A stretch of 64,000 bases of DNA from a virus (IMGVR_UViG_2778261505_000002); one strand, 5' to 3'; numbered from the stretch's first letter, positions 46,958-56,330 are shown. Numbers and translations: made by a program. Notes: a model not told the origin generated them from the sequence alone.

Positions 46958-47725
46958 TTATGCCGCGCTAACACTATGTTCAGTCCTAACCACCCCAACC
47001 TTCACAAAAGGGCTACCGTAGCTTGGTGGCTTCTTGATTAATTTGCCTACATACAGTTTTCTAATATGCTCATCGGCTATTCTGCCAACAAATTCATAAC
47101 GTTTTGTGTCGGGGCCAAGAGCTATATCCCTTGTAAAGTACTGCTGAGAACCGGCTTTGACCCAGCATTCAATCTGATAAACTTCCATTATCAGCCCACC
47201 ATATGTAGCGTAGGCATATTTGAGATTCTCGTCTCTTGGAACCTTTGCCCATACGCCACGCGTAGCTTCATATAATGCCAGAGCGGACATTCCTGACTTG
47301 TAGGTGCTGTTTAGCAGGAAGGCAAGACCGGCGTGCTCAGGAGCAATTTCAGTTTCCTCTTGCAGCACTAAGTGATGGTAGGCGTCTAGTGATATTCTGC
47401 CCATCATGGAACCACTTCCTCGTACCTTATTCGTAAGCTCTCCGACCCCCATAAGGTCGATGCATGTCGCCTCAACAAGTTTGGCTGTGGTTTCATCCAT
47501 ACCATGACGAAGTATATCTATGCCTAATTTTTTATTAGCCAAAAGTTCTTTGATCCGCATGGATTTGGGAGAGTCATCGGGATACTTGATGTGATCGAGA
47601 CAACGAGTCGATTTGCCTTTTCCTATGTAAAACGGTCTTTTCATCTTGTCTTCTGTATCATAGAGACAGTAAACATAGTATTTAGCCTTATCCAATGATC
47701 TCGCGTATACCGATAAATCGTCCAT
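46958..47725 (-). CDS. GIY-YIG nuclease-domain protein (255 aa)
   Basis: N-terminal YVYCLYD...PFYIGKGK...R...H matches the GIY-YIG pattern; C-terminal region unassigned. Confidence 0.6.
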   Translation of the reverse strand: MDDLSVYARSLDKAKYYVYCLYDTEDKMKRPFYIGKGKSTRCLDHIKYPDDSPKSMRIKELLANKKLGIDILRHGMDETTAKLVEATCIDLMGVGELTNKVRGSGSMMGRISLDAYHHLVLQEETEIAPEHAGLAFLLNSTYKSGMSALALYEATRGVWAKVPRDENLKYAYATYGGLIMEVYQIECWVKAGSQQYFTRDIALGPDTKRYEFVGRIADEHIRKLYVGKLIKKPPSYGSPFVKVGVVRTEHSVSAA

Positions 47726-47836
47726 TATTGCATCTCTTTGCTACTGACTAATGCGTTCTATTTTACACATAAGTTTTTAATCAATTTAACAGGCTCAAAG
47801 TGTAGAGCTTCTGGGCGTCTAAGACGACAAGTTATG

Positions 47837-47891
47837 CCTGCTTCCGTATATATAAATAATAAGTAACTTATTAAATATATACGGAAGCAGG
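47837..47891. repeat. 55 bp palindromic element, copy 2
   Basis: Near-identical to 15379-15433. Confidence 0.7.
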
Positions 47892-47998
47892 TCTTTTAAA
47901 AGACACCACCAGAACAACTCCCTTCCGTTTCCACTTCCAAAAACTGCCACCAGTCGCTATCATCCGCTCATTGTGATAAGTAAGTAACTACCTACCAG

Positions 47999-48748
47999 GT
48001 GAGCCACATGAGCCAAATCTTTTTCGATACCATCGACAACGACCAGTACGACTTCATGACAGAGTGGAATACCGCTGTTATGGACAAGTGGGTCGCTGAA
48101 AACATTGGTTTGTCGCGCTGTAAAGACGAGGCTGAACTCTTCGAGACGAAGTGGTTTGATTACCGCGACATGCATCCTCTCATGGCCACCTGTCTTTTTA
48201 CGGAGGCATACAAACGTCAGTACTCAAATATCATGCTGACGCACGGTCGCGAACACTTTGAAACAGCTCCGTTCACCACCGGGTTAAAACGTCTGCCTTA
48301 TCAGGAGTTGTCGACTGCCAATAAAACGTCGCTATGGAAAGCACGCCAGTTTGCGGATCGCTATTGCTGCTCATACGACTACTTTATCTCCACCGTTCTT
48401 TCCGCAGCTGCACGACGGCTGTGGGACAAGCTGCCGCGCCCACAGCATTTATGGCAGCCAGAACTGATTGAGATATTTGAAGAGAAATTAGCCAGACGCG
48501 CAACAACCCGTCTGGATGACTCTCTGGTTAGCTTTAAGCATATGGGAGACATGCAGTTCAACCCGATTCAGGAAAGCTATTTTGAGTGGATTCTGGAGCG
48601 TTTGCGCACCATCCCTCGCAGCAAGCGCATACGCGCAATTTTCTCCGCTATCTGGCTAATGGAAATCGTTCCAGAGCGCCTTATTTCCGCCCACTTTCCA
48701 GAAGAACTGGAAGAAGCACGGCGGTTTATTGATCCCCTATCTAATTAA
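47999..48748 (+). CDS. hypothetical protein (249 aa), first gene of replication module
   Basis: ORF preceded by late-type GTAAGTA motif. Confidence 0.5.
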   Translation: MSHMSQIFFDTIDNDQYDFMTEWNTAVMDKWVAENIGLSRCKDEAELFETKWFDYRDMHPLMATCLFTEAYKRQYSNIMLTHGREHFETAPFTTGLKRLPYQELSTANKTSLWKARQFADRYCCSYDYFISTVLSAAARRLWDKLPRPQHLWQPELIEIFEEKLARRATTRLDDSLVSFKHMGDMQFNPIQESYFEWILERLRTIPRSKRIRAIFSAIWLMEIVPERLISAHFPEELEEARRFIDPLSN

Positions 48749-48756
48749 CTAATACT

Positions 48757-48772
48757 AGAAAACAATTTGTTT
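48757..48772. promoter_or_regulatory. dyad AGAAAACAATTTGTTT (early family)
   Basis: Upstream of helicase gene. Confidence 0.45.
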
Positions 48773-48791
48773 AAAAAACAAAGGAAAGCAC

Positions 48792-50132
48792 ATGACCGAA
48801 CTTTGCCATACAGGACGCGGGCTGTCCGAAGAATTTGATGAAGATTTCCAGAACAGACTGACGGCATATTTTTGTCGTGATCACGAGTTTCTTACTCGTG
48901 CGGGAGATCTGGTTGTGCCTAGCCAGTTTGCCAATGCGGCCAATGCCATATTGGTTAATATGGTTTCGGGCTATTACCGTATGTACAAGAGCGCGCCCTC
49001 TTCATCTGCAATTCTGGATATGCTTAAGCGTGCGAAACGCGATAAGACTATCCGTGAGGAACTATTCGCCGATGTTGTTGCTGCGTTTAAGCGCATCCTT
49101 GCAGAAAAATTGTCCGATACCTCGTACATGGTTGACCAGGTATCAACCTTCGCAAAAAGTGTAGCGTTTGATGATGCTCTGATTAAGGCTGCTGAACTGA
49201 AAGAGAAAGGCGACTTTCAGGGGGCGATGGCAATCATGGCCAAGGTTCAGCAGATTGGATCGAACGAAGCGACCGGAATCTATGACTACTACACCTCCGC
49301 AAGTGAGCGATTGAAAGCGCGTGAATATGAGGCTTCAGAGGAGTATGTACCAAACAGTATTACAACTGGACTCCCTCTTCTCGATAGGTTGCTGTACCAA
49401 AAAGGCTGGGCAAAGCGCGAAATGGTGCTCTTCATGGGGTTCGCTAAATCCGGTAAATCGACCGCAATGGGGGAGTTTTCCATAAACGCAACACTTGCTG
49501 GCTACAATGTTCTGTATCTCTCGCTGGAGGTTCACACCACCATTTTATCCGACCGTTTTGATGCAAGATTGTCGGAGACGGAAATGTCCAAGTTGGTGGA
49601 ACGGCGCGATGAAGTTCATCGTAAGTTGGCAGAGTTGGGAGCCTCTAAGGGGATTGGTAGTTTGTGGGTTGTTGAGCGTCCGTCAGGAAGTATGTCACCG
49701 GCAGATCTGGACCGTATGCTTAACAGTATGAAAGCCAATGGCATGGTGCCTGACATGGTTGTTGTCGACTACGCAGATTTGATGCGTGCCAGTTATGACC
49801 TTCGTGATGATCGCGCCAACATTCGTAGTATCTACACCGATTTACGTGCTCTTTATGACAAGCATAACGTTGCTGGGATCACGGCATCGCAGACAAACCG
49901 TGAAGGTGGCGCGTCAGAAGTTGCCACAATGATGCACGCTGCCGACAACATCGAAAAAGTACGTATTGCTGACCTGGTAATAACGATCAACAAAACCGAA
50001 GAAGAAGAAGCGAAAGGAGAGGCTCGTCTCTACTTTGCTGGTTCACGTAACCAGCAGGGAGGGATCAGCATTCGCGTTAAACAAAACCTCGAACAAATGC
50101 GCTTCATTGAGCGAATCTTAGACGTTACCTAA
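48792..50132 (+). CDS. DnaB-like replicative helicase
   Basis: Walker A GFAKSGKST, SLEV (DnaB-type) motif, RecA-like C-terminal domain. Confidence 0.75.
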   Translation: MTELCHTGRGLSEEFDEDFQNRLTAYFCRDHEFLTRAGDLVVPSQFANAANAILVNMVSGYYRMYKSAPSSSAILDMLKRAKRDKTIREELFADVVAAFKRILAEKLSDTSYMVDQVSTFAKSVAFDDALIKAAELKEKGDFQGAMAIMAKVQQIGSNEATGIYDYYTSASERLKAREYEASEEYVPNSITTGLPLLDRLLYQKGWAKREMVLFMGFAKSGKSTAMGEFSINATLAGYNVLYLSLEVHTTILSDRFDARLSETEMSKLVERRDEVHRKLAELGASKGIGSLWVVERPSGSMSPADLDRMLNSMKANGMVPDMVVVDYADLMRASYDLRDDRANIRSIYTDLRALYDKHNVAGITASQTNREGGASEVATMMHAADNIEKVRIADLVITINKTEEEEAKGEARLYFAGSRNQQGGISIRVKQNLEQMRFIERILDVT

Positions 50133-50213
50133 AAAATAAGCGTGGAGAACACCTCCACGCTTGATTCATTGGTGAAACAACTTTTCTTTTGCCAAACCAC
50201 AAAAGAAAAACAC

Positions 50214-51395
50214 ATGAGCCTTTATGTTATATCAACATTTAGGTTGGTCACAATATTGCCTGTTAAAAGTGGAATTATCGTGAGCGAGCTGAAAGAGCTA
50301 ATTACCGAATTAGATTTTGAACAATGGTTGGATACTGAAGGTATCGTTTATCGACGTGGAGGCGTGAGTGCTCGCGGTCGTGAAGTGAATATCAAGGAGT
50401 GTCCGGTATGCGGCAGCTCCAACTGGAAGGTATATTTCAATCTGACCAGTGGCGTCGGTAAATGCTTCGCTGGTGATCATCCCGAAGAGATTCAGTTCAA
50501 TAAGCTGGTCTTCCTCAAGCACTACAGCGGCAAATCACGACGACAGTTCGAGGAATATGTGCAGAACGCCCTTCTTTCCCAGGGGTGGGCACCAAAGAAA
50601 GAAGAGCTAGTGCTTGCAAGCACAGTCGAGTTAGAGGGGCCAGTTGCACTCCCTCGTCATTACGAGCTTCCTATAGATGGTCGTCTTCCAGACTATCTGG
50701 TTGAACGAAACATATCGCCTGAAATGGCAAAGTATTTTGACCTACGATACTGCGTCGAAGGCAAGCACGCCTATGTAGATCCGTATACAGATCAGGTTAA
50801 AGGACAGATATTCGATATGCGAATACTGATACCGGTTTACGATCTGGATGGGGTAATGAAGACATTTCAGGGACGAGACATTACCGGTACAGCAGAACGC
50901 CGCTACCTCTTTCCTATGCAGCTTCCAGCTTCAGGTAAATTTCTCTACAACGGCCATAATGCAGTCGGCAAACAGACTGTAGTTGTCTGTGAGGGTGCGT
51001 TCGATGTTATGGGGGTCAAACGAGCTATTTTCGACGAAGAAACATTACGTGATTACGTGGAGCCAATAGGAACGTTCGGGATGCATCTATCTGGCAACAC
51101 CACTCAGGATGCAGAAGATCAGTTGGGCGCGTTCCTGACGCTCAAGGCGCGTGGATTACGTAATGTGATCATGATGTGGGATAGTGAAAAGCAAGCTATA
51201 CGCAACACGATGGCCGCAGCCAGGCGACTGACCAGTATTGGTCTTAATGTCAAAGTGGCGTGTTTGGGCGAGGAAGGACTCGACCCGGGCGATGCAACGC
51301 CAGAGCAAATCATCAAAGCCTATTATCGGGCAAAACCGTATACCAAGCAGTTGGAGTTGCAAAGCAAGGTTTTGGGCATTAAGGCTCTATCATAA
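50214..51395 (+). CDS. DNA primase (zinc-binding plus TOPRIM-like)
   Basis: CPVCGSS...C..GDH zinc motif, VVVCEGAFD acidic TOPRIM-like motif; start taken at first ATG after a hairpin at 50140-50160. Confidence 0.65.
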   Translation: MSLYVISTFRLVTILPVKSGIIVSELKELITELDFEQWLDTEGIVYRRGGVSARGREVNIKECPVCGSSNWKVYFNLTSGVGKCFAGDHPEEIQFNKLVFLKHYSGKSRRQFEEYVQNALLSQGWAPKKEELVLASTVELEGPVALPRHYELPIDGRLPDYLVERNISPEMAKYFDLRYCVEGKHAYVDPYTDQVKGQIFDMRILIPVYDLDGVMKTFQGRDITGTAERRYLFPMQLPASGKFLYNGHNAVGKQTVVVCEGAFDVMGVKRAIFDEETLRDYVEPIGTFGMHLSGNTTQDAEDQLGAFLTLKARGLRNVIMMWDSEKQAIRNTMAAARRLTSIGLNVKVACLGEEGLDPGDATPEQIIKAYYRAKPYTKQLELQSKVLGIKALS

Positions 51396-51470
51396 CAATC
51401 ACCTTCAAAATAAGTAGATGATTACTTATCTTTCTGTGAGAATACTTTCATCTGTTAGCTAGGAGTTGGT

Positions 51471-52253
51471 ATGAAAGACGAAATTCAGAAATTAGCCTGC
51501 GACATCATTGATAAAACTGGTTTAGAAATCAGCGAGAGCAATCGGCTAGACATCATTGAAAAAGCCGTAAAAACAGCAATGGATCATATCGCCACTCGTT
51601 TGGTCGAGATCCCGCTACCGGGGCTACCTTATCTGAAGGTTAAGTTACACGTATGGGGTGAACCTTCTTGTGCACGGCGTTCTGCATTAGTTGTTTTTAT
51701 TAGCAAAGAAAACCCGATCAGTCTTAAAGTGCAGGTTGGGGCATGGATGGATGGCAAAGTGATCTACACAAATACCGTTTTTTGTGCGTCAAATGACAGT
51801 ATTATTGAAGAGGCTATTCAAGAATCACTTCTAACTATGCATAGCTTATTTTTGCTGGAAGACAAGCAAAACTACGAAGAGTACTTACGGTCGATAAAAG
51901 GTGAGAGAACATTGTCACTTAAAGCCGATTTCGTTACCCCGACAAACCTGTTGGAAGTCTTGCTTAATAAAGGGGCTAATGATGCCGTAAATGTAATCAG
52001 AGAGAGTGAGTATGCGTCTCTTTGCGACATGTGCAAAAGCCAGTTGGATCTGGTGCATATCGTTATTGATGCTGGGAAGGCATGTGATGGCGTAATGGCG
52101 GAGTTTGCTGGGAAGATGGTCAGGATTGCTAACGAATTACCGATGATAGAGCAAGAGGCTAAATCATACGCCACCAATCATGTCACAGAGCTTCTTGTCC
52201 CCTATCGCTTAGAAAGCGATCAGCGCAAGATGATTAGCTGGGGAAGTTGGTAA
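51471..52253 (+). CDS. hypothetical protein (260 aa)
   Basis: ORF. Confidence 0.45.
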   Translation: MKDEIQKLACDIIDKTGLEISESNRLDIIEKAVKTAMDHIATRLVEIPLPGLPYLKVKLHVWGEPSCARRSALVVFISKENPISLKVQVGAWMDGKVIYTNTVFCASNDSIIEEAIQESLLTMHSLFLLEDKQNYEEYLRSIKGERTLSLKADFVTPTNLLEVLLNKGANDAVNVIRESEYASLCDMCKSQLDLVHIVIDAGKACDGVMAEFAGKMVRIANELPMIEQEAKSYATNHVTELLVPYRLESDQRKMISWGSW

Positions 52254-52308
52254 GCTCTCAGTGTGTCGTTTTTTACGCAAATAATGATAGGTAAGCACAA
52301 GATTATTT

Positions 52309-52791
52309 TTGGCGGTAATTGTGAAAGCTGATTTGTCAAAAATCCCCTCTATTTCAGGAAATAATGGTTATTCACTTCGTTGTGAGGAAGTAAAGATAAA
52401 CGGTGAGTCGGCATATTGCAGCTACTCCGTTTGCCAGCACACCATTCTTGCCTTCAAAGAAAACCGTCTTCCTCGAACTTCATTCCAGTCGTGCGCAACC
52501 GCTATCAAAGCAGGCAAATGCAAGGCGTTAAAAATGATGGTTGAAGAGATTCGTAAAGGAGAATCTCTGTATTTCGAAGATATGACCGCGCTCATTAAGG
52601 AGGTTGAAGAACGGAATAAACAAGCCAGAACTTTAAAACGAAAACGTGACAGTGTAACGATTAATAGCATGGTTAAGAAGAGCGCCACATCACAAACAGC
52701 GATCACTGACGTGTATGCGGCGTTGCTTGAAGAAACAACAAAAGAAACACATGAGCAAATCGATCAACATATGGAGGTAAAACAACAATGA
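52309..52791 (+). CDS. hypothetical protein (about 160 aa; start uncertain, non-ATG)
   Basis: ORF; no clear RBS. Confidence 0.35.
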   Translation: MAVIVKADLSKIPSISGNNGYSLRCEEVKINGESAYCSYSVCQHTILAFKENRLPRTSFQSCATAIKAGKCKALKMMVEEIRKGESLYFEDMTALIKEVEERNKQARTLKRKRDSVTINSMVKKSATSQTAITDVYAALLEETTKETHEQIDQHMEVKQQ

Positions 52792-54110
52792 AAAAGTTGA
52801 TCGCACTTAAGCATAAGCTGGACGAAATGAAAGTTATGGGCACCAATGCAAAAAAAGAGGCATTGGCCAACATGGATGACTTTGAACAAAGCATGGTTTC
52901 ATTGATGCTCAACCCTTTCATCCGTTTTGGGGTAAAGAAATACAAAGTGGCAGAGCCGCTTAGTGAGTCCATCCCAAGTGACGAAAAAGCCATTGATGTA
53001 CTGAATAAGCTGGCCTCTCGCGAGCTAACGGGGAACGCAGCAATAGCAGCTGTTGAGTCTATCGTGGCGTCAATGTGCGCCGATGGGCAGGACGTGTTCC
53101 GTCGTTTCCTCTTAAAAGACCCGAAAGCTGGCGTTGGGATTAGCCTATGCAACAAGGTTTTTGAAAATCCCATTCCGAAATTCGAGGTGCAGCTGGCGTC
53201 ACCGTATAAAGAAAAAGGCGACAAATACCCCTTCAAGCCAAATCCTAAAGCAAAATGGCCGATGATTGGCAGTCTTAAGCTCGATGGTTTGCGAGTAATT
53301 TGCGAGGTTATTGTTGACGAGGAAGAGGTTAACTTCCTTTCTCGTACTGGTAATCCAATCACGTCTCTCGATCACCTAAAGCCAGCCATGCTCGAATTAG
53401 GCAAACTTTCAGGCCACAAACACATCTTCTTCGATGGTGAAGGAACTGCCGGTTCATTTAACCAGTCCGTATCTGCATTGCGCAAAAAGAACGTGCAGGC
53501 AATTGGCGCTATTTATCATGTTTTCGACTTCTTCCTACCGGAATGGCGAGCACAGGCTAAATCCAAAGAGTATGCAAAGACAGGTATGAAGCTGAAAGAG
53601 CGCCTGGCTATGCTGGTGGCGTTGTTCAAAAACGATCGCAGTGAAGGCTACACACAAGACATTCACCTGCATCCGTTCTATATCATCCATAGCCACGAAG
53701 ACTTCATCGAACGCTTCATGAAACGCCTGGACGATAACGAAGAAGGGGAGATGGGCAAAGATCCGAACTCTGTTTACGAGTTTAAACGTACCCGCAGCTG
53801 GTGGAAGTTAAAAGACGAAGATTCAGAAGATGGTGAAATTATCGACTTTGAGCCGGGCGACCCGGACTCTGGTTTTGCCAACACACTTGGAAAAATTGTT
53901 ATTCGTCTTGAAAACGGCGTCATCGTTCGTGCGAGCGGCATTAAGCATAAATATCTGGATGAGATCTGGAACAACAAAGAGAAGTACCGTGGTCGTATTG
54001 TCGAGGTTCATTGTCACGAGAAAACACCGGACGGCAGCTTACGCCACCCACGACTGAAATGGCCGCGTTGCTTACGCGATACAGAAGATCGAATCGGAGA
54101 TAAAGAATGA
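52788..54110 (+). CDS. ATP-dependent DNA ligase (nucleotidyltransferase motif I KLDGLR)
   Basis: SLKLDGLRV contains the K-x-D-G-x-R adenylation motif; 440 aa. Confidence 0.65.
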   Translation: MKKLIALKHKLDEMKVMGTNAKKEALANMDDFEQSMVSLMLNPFIRFGVKKYKVAEPLSESIPSDEKAIDVLNKLASRELTGNAAIAAVESIVASMCADGQDVFRRFLLKDPKAGVGISLCNKVFENPIPKFEVQLASPYKEKGDKYPFKPNPKAKWPMIGSLKLDGLRVICEVIVDEEEVNFLSRTGNPITSLDHLKPAMLELGKLSGHKHIFFDGEGTAGSFNQSVSALRKKNVQAIGAIYHVFDFFLPEWRAQAKSKEYAKTGMKLKERLAMLVALFKNDRSEGYTQDIHLHPFYIIHSHEDFIERFMKRLDDNEEGEMGKDPNSVYEFKRTRSWWKLKDEDSEDGEIIDFEPGDPDSGFANTLGKIVIRLENGVIVRASGIKHKYLDEIWNNKEKYRGRIVEVHCHEKTPDGSLRHPRLKWPRCLRDTEDRIGDKE

Positions 54111-54286
54111 TGCTCGGCTGGATGATTGCATTTTTAGCAGTTGGTTTTTTCATAGGTATTGTGGTGATGTCCAGTTGCATCAATGACTACATTAAAAGCG
54201 GTGTTATAGAAAGACGCGGTCGTATTTATCGCATTGTAGAAATAACCAACACCCTGAAGGAGATTAAGGATGATCGTATTAAGTAA
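54107..54286 (+). CDS. small membrane protein (59 aa)
   Basis: ATGA overlap with ligase stop; hydrophobic N-terminus; below the track threshold. Confidence 0.35.
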   Translation: MMLGWMIAFLAVGFFIGIVVMSSCINDYIKSGVIERRGRIYRIVEITNTLKEIKDDRIK

Positions 54287-54485
54287 ACGGGAGAAGGAAA
54301 CGCTTCATGAAATCAGTAAGTGGCCGGAGTTCCCTGAGTACTGGAAGCCTAAAACGCGAGCTAAGTTAGAGCGTTTAGGGTTGGTTGCAAACGTTTCTGA
54401 AACGTGGTGTTCGGCCAACTACCAGTTAACTGATAAAGGGAAAGTATTGCTACAGCAATTAGTAGAATCAGGAGCGTTAAAATGA
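54270..54485 (+). CDS. hypothetical protein (71 aa)
   Basis: ORF overlapping neighbours. Confidence 0.4.
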   Translation: MIVLSKREKETLHEISKWPEFPEYWKPKTRAKLERLGLVANVSETWCSANYQLTDKGKVLLQQLVESGALK

Positions 54486-54634
54486 TTCCATACATCTCAT
54501 TAGCTTTTATGGGTGGCTTCCTTATCGGCTTCGGCATCTGTCGTGATTTAATTAAGCAGGAACTTAAAACCAAAACACTGTGCATCGGAAAGCGTGTGTA
54601 TCGGGTAGTTCATGAAACAAAGGTGAAAATATGA
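54482..54634 (+). CDS. small membrane protein (50 aa)
   Basis: ATGA overlap; hydrophobic N-terminus similar to the 54107 product. Confidence 0.35.
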   Translation: MIPYISLAFMGGFLIGFGICRDLIKQELKTKTLCIGKRVYRVVHETKVKI

Positions 54635-54921
54635 GCAATTTAACTTCTTGGGAATGGTGGTTGGCCACCTATTTCTTAGCGGCCGGAGTCGCATTCGCCT
54701 TTTACGTAGGTCAGTTAGTCGTAAAACTGTTGCTGATTAAATTTGCTAGTCATAAACGTATCGATGATGGTCTGTGGCGTCTTGGCACCCTGGTGGAAAC
54801 TCGCTACGGGCAACTTAAGGAGAACGAAACCATTACTATCCAAGCGAAACGATTCACTGCCACCATTACAAGAACACCTAGTCGTAGAGTGGCCTTGATC
54901 AAAAAAGTCACAACCGAATAA
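54631..54921 (+). CDS. membrane-anchored small protein (96 aa)
   Basis: ATGA overlap; N-terminal TM helix. Confidence 0.45.
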   Translation: MSNLTSWEWWLATYFLAAGVAFAFYVGQLVVKLLLIKFASHKRIDDGLWRLGTLVETRYGQLKENETITIQAKRFTATITRTPSRRVALIKKVTTE

Positions 54922-55310
54922 AAACATATTGATAAGTATTTACTTACTTATCTTTTATGTATAAGATGACTTTGTTTTCGTTGAGACGCGACTGTTTGAA
55001 CTTAAATACAAGTGCAAACGAAGAAGTCTATCTGGCAGTAGCCTAATAAGCCAAACACCAGCGAGGTCAGTTTCCAGCCTCGTTACCGAAATGGGACACA
55101 CTGAGCGAGTGTGATTGCAGAACGCAGGAGGGAACATTCATGTTCCCTCCGATGAAGTAACAGAATGGGCGGTTGGTATATTTTCAACTCCATATGACTC
55201 CCGGATTCTTAGCCACTGACCGCCCATCCTGTTACGTCATTTTGTTCAATTATGTCGTTTATACTGGGTTAAAAAGCGGCGACGTAGCCCGGCTGGTATG
55301 GTTAGCCAGC

Positions 55311-55425
55311 ACACAACGTTGAGGCCATTACATTTTTATCAATTCTAAGGTTCTATTCACAGAGATACCGGCGAGCGTTGATATGTAACATGTTGGGCAA
55401 ACATTCAATCGGAGTAGTGGCCTCA
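55311..55425. repeat. long-range inverted repeat (16 bp arms CACAACGTTGAGGCCA / TGGCCTCAACGTTGTG)
   Basis: Arms about 80 nt apart in a 700 bp ORF-free region. Confidence 0.6.
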
Positions 55426-55699
55426 ACGTTGTGAAGACAGGATTGTTGTGTAGGTTTAACCACTGTTGCCATTGGTGCCTGTTTTCACAACAAATGATTC
55501 CATACATCACATTGTATAAATTACAAAGTAGGTGCTGTCCTCAGAAACATCATCTACTTAAAGATTTTGCCTTCTACTATTGAGCGAAGTCGAAAGCGTC
55601 TGGCACTAACGAAAAGTGCAAGTAGCGGTGCGTTTCCTGGCAGAAACTAAACCGTCGCGATTGGCACTGTTGAGTAATAAATACTGGCAGTGCTGAATT

Positions 55700-55774
55700 G
55701 ATGGTGTAGCTCAGCGGTAGAGCAGTTGGCTGTTAACCAACTGGTCGGTGGTTCGAATCCACCCACCATCGCCA
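55700..55774 (+). tRNA. tRNA-Asn (anticodon GTT)
   Basis: Cloverleaf folded by hand: 7 bp acceptor, D arm, anticodon loop CTGTTAA, T loop TTCGAAT, 3' CCA encoded. Confidence 0.85.
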
Positions 55775-55779
55775 ATTTA

Positions 55780-55866
55780 GGGGAGTTAGTCCGTAGAGGT
55801 AGCGGTGTAGACTGTAAATCTACTGTCATTGCGACTCGGGTGGTTCGACTCCATCACTCCCCACCA
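55780..55866 (+). tRNA. tRNA-Tyr (anticodon GTA), long variable arm
   Basis: Acceptor GGGGAGT/ACTCCCC, anticodon loop CTGTAAA, T loop TTCGACT, CCA encoded. Confidence 0.85.
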
Positions 55867-55870
55867 AATT

Positions 55871-55946
55871 GCCGGTTTAGCTCAGTTGGTAGAGCGCCTG
55901 CCTTGTAAGCAGGATGTCAGCGGTTCGAGTCCGTTAACCGGCACCA
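55871..55946 (+). tRNA. tRNA-Thr (anticodon TGT)
   Basis: Acceptor GCCGGTT/AACCGGC, anticodon loop CTTGTAA, T loop TTCGAGT, CCA encoded. Confidence 0.8.
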
Positions 55947-56163
55947 ACACAACAGGAAAGAGCATTGAAAACCGCCGAGACTGCCCTGTTTTAAGCGTAA
56001 GTCCGTGCAAACGTCATACAGTGCTCTTTTCGTTGTGGTTGATGCGCAGACTGATGCGCGGAAAGAAATGCCCCAGCGACACACGAGGCGAGTTCACACA
56101 CTGCAATGCAGTCAGTAGCCGGGGTCGCTAAGCCGGAGATCAGTACCGGTAACCACAACAATT

Positions 56164-56250
56164 GGAGAGTAGGGAGCATGGTGCTCAAGCGGTCTTGAAA
56201 ACCGTCCCATTGTGCAAGCGATGATGGTTCGATTCCATTACTCTCCGCCA
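56164..56250 (+). tRNA. tRNA-Ser-like (anticodon TGA), atypical D arm
   Basis: Acceptor GGAGAGT/ACTCTCC, anticodon loop CTTGAAA, long variable arm, T loop TTCGATT, CCA; D arm non-canonical. Confidence 0.55.
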
Positions 56251-56252
56251 GA

Positions 56253-56330
56253 CACAGCGTTGAGCGGTTTGGCCTTTTAATCACCCAGATTAAGACTCCG
56301 CTAACATAAACCAGACCGCTCAACGCTGTG
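56253..56330. repeat. long imperfect hairpin (20 bp arms) immediately 3' of the tRNA-Ser-like gene
   Basis: CACAGCGTTGAGCGGTTTGG ... CCAGACCGCTCAACGCTGTG, 19 of 20 complementary. Confidence 0.6.

Noticed and set aside
55100-55450. Retron-like ncRNA (inverted repeats flanking a structured segment)
   Set aside because: No reverse transcriptase ORF anywhere in the window; kept only as an unexplained structured region.
55947-56163. Additional tRNA or tmRNA in the 217 bp spacer between tRNA-Thr and the Ser-like tRNA
   Set aside because: Could not fold a cloverleaf with acceptor, T loop TTCGA and anticodon arm by hand; needs a tRNA predictor.
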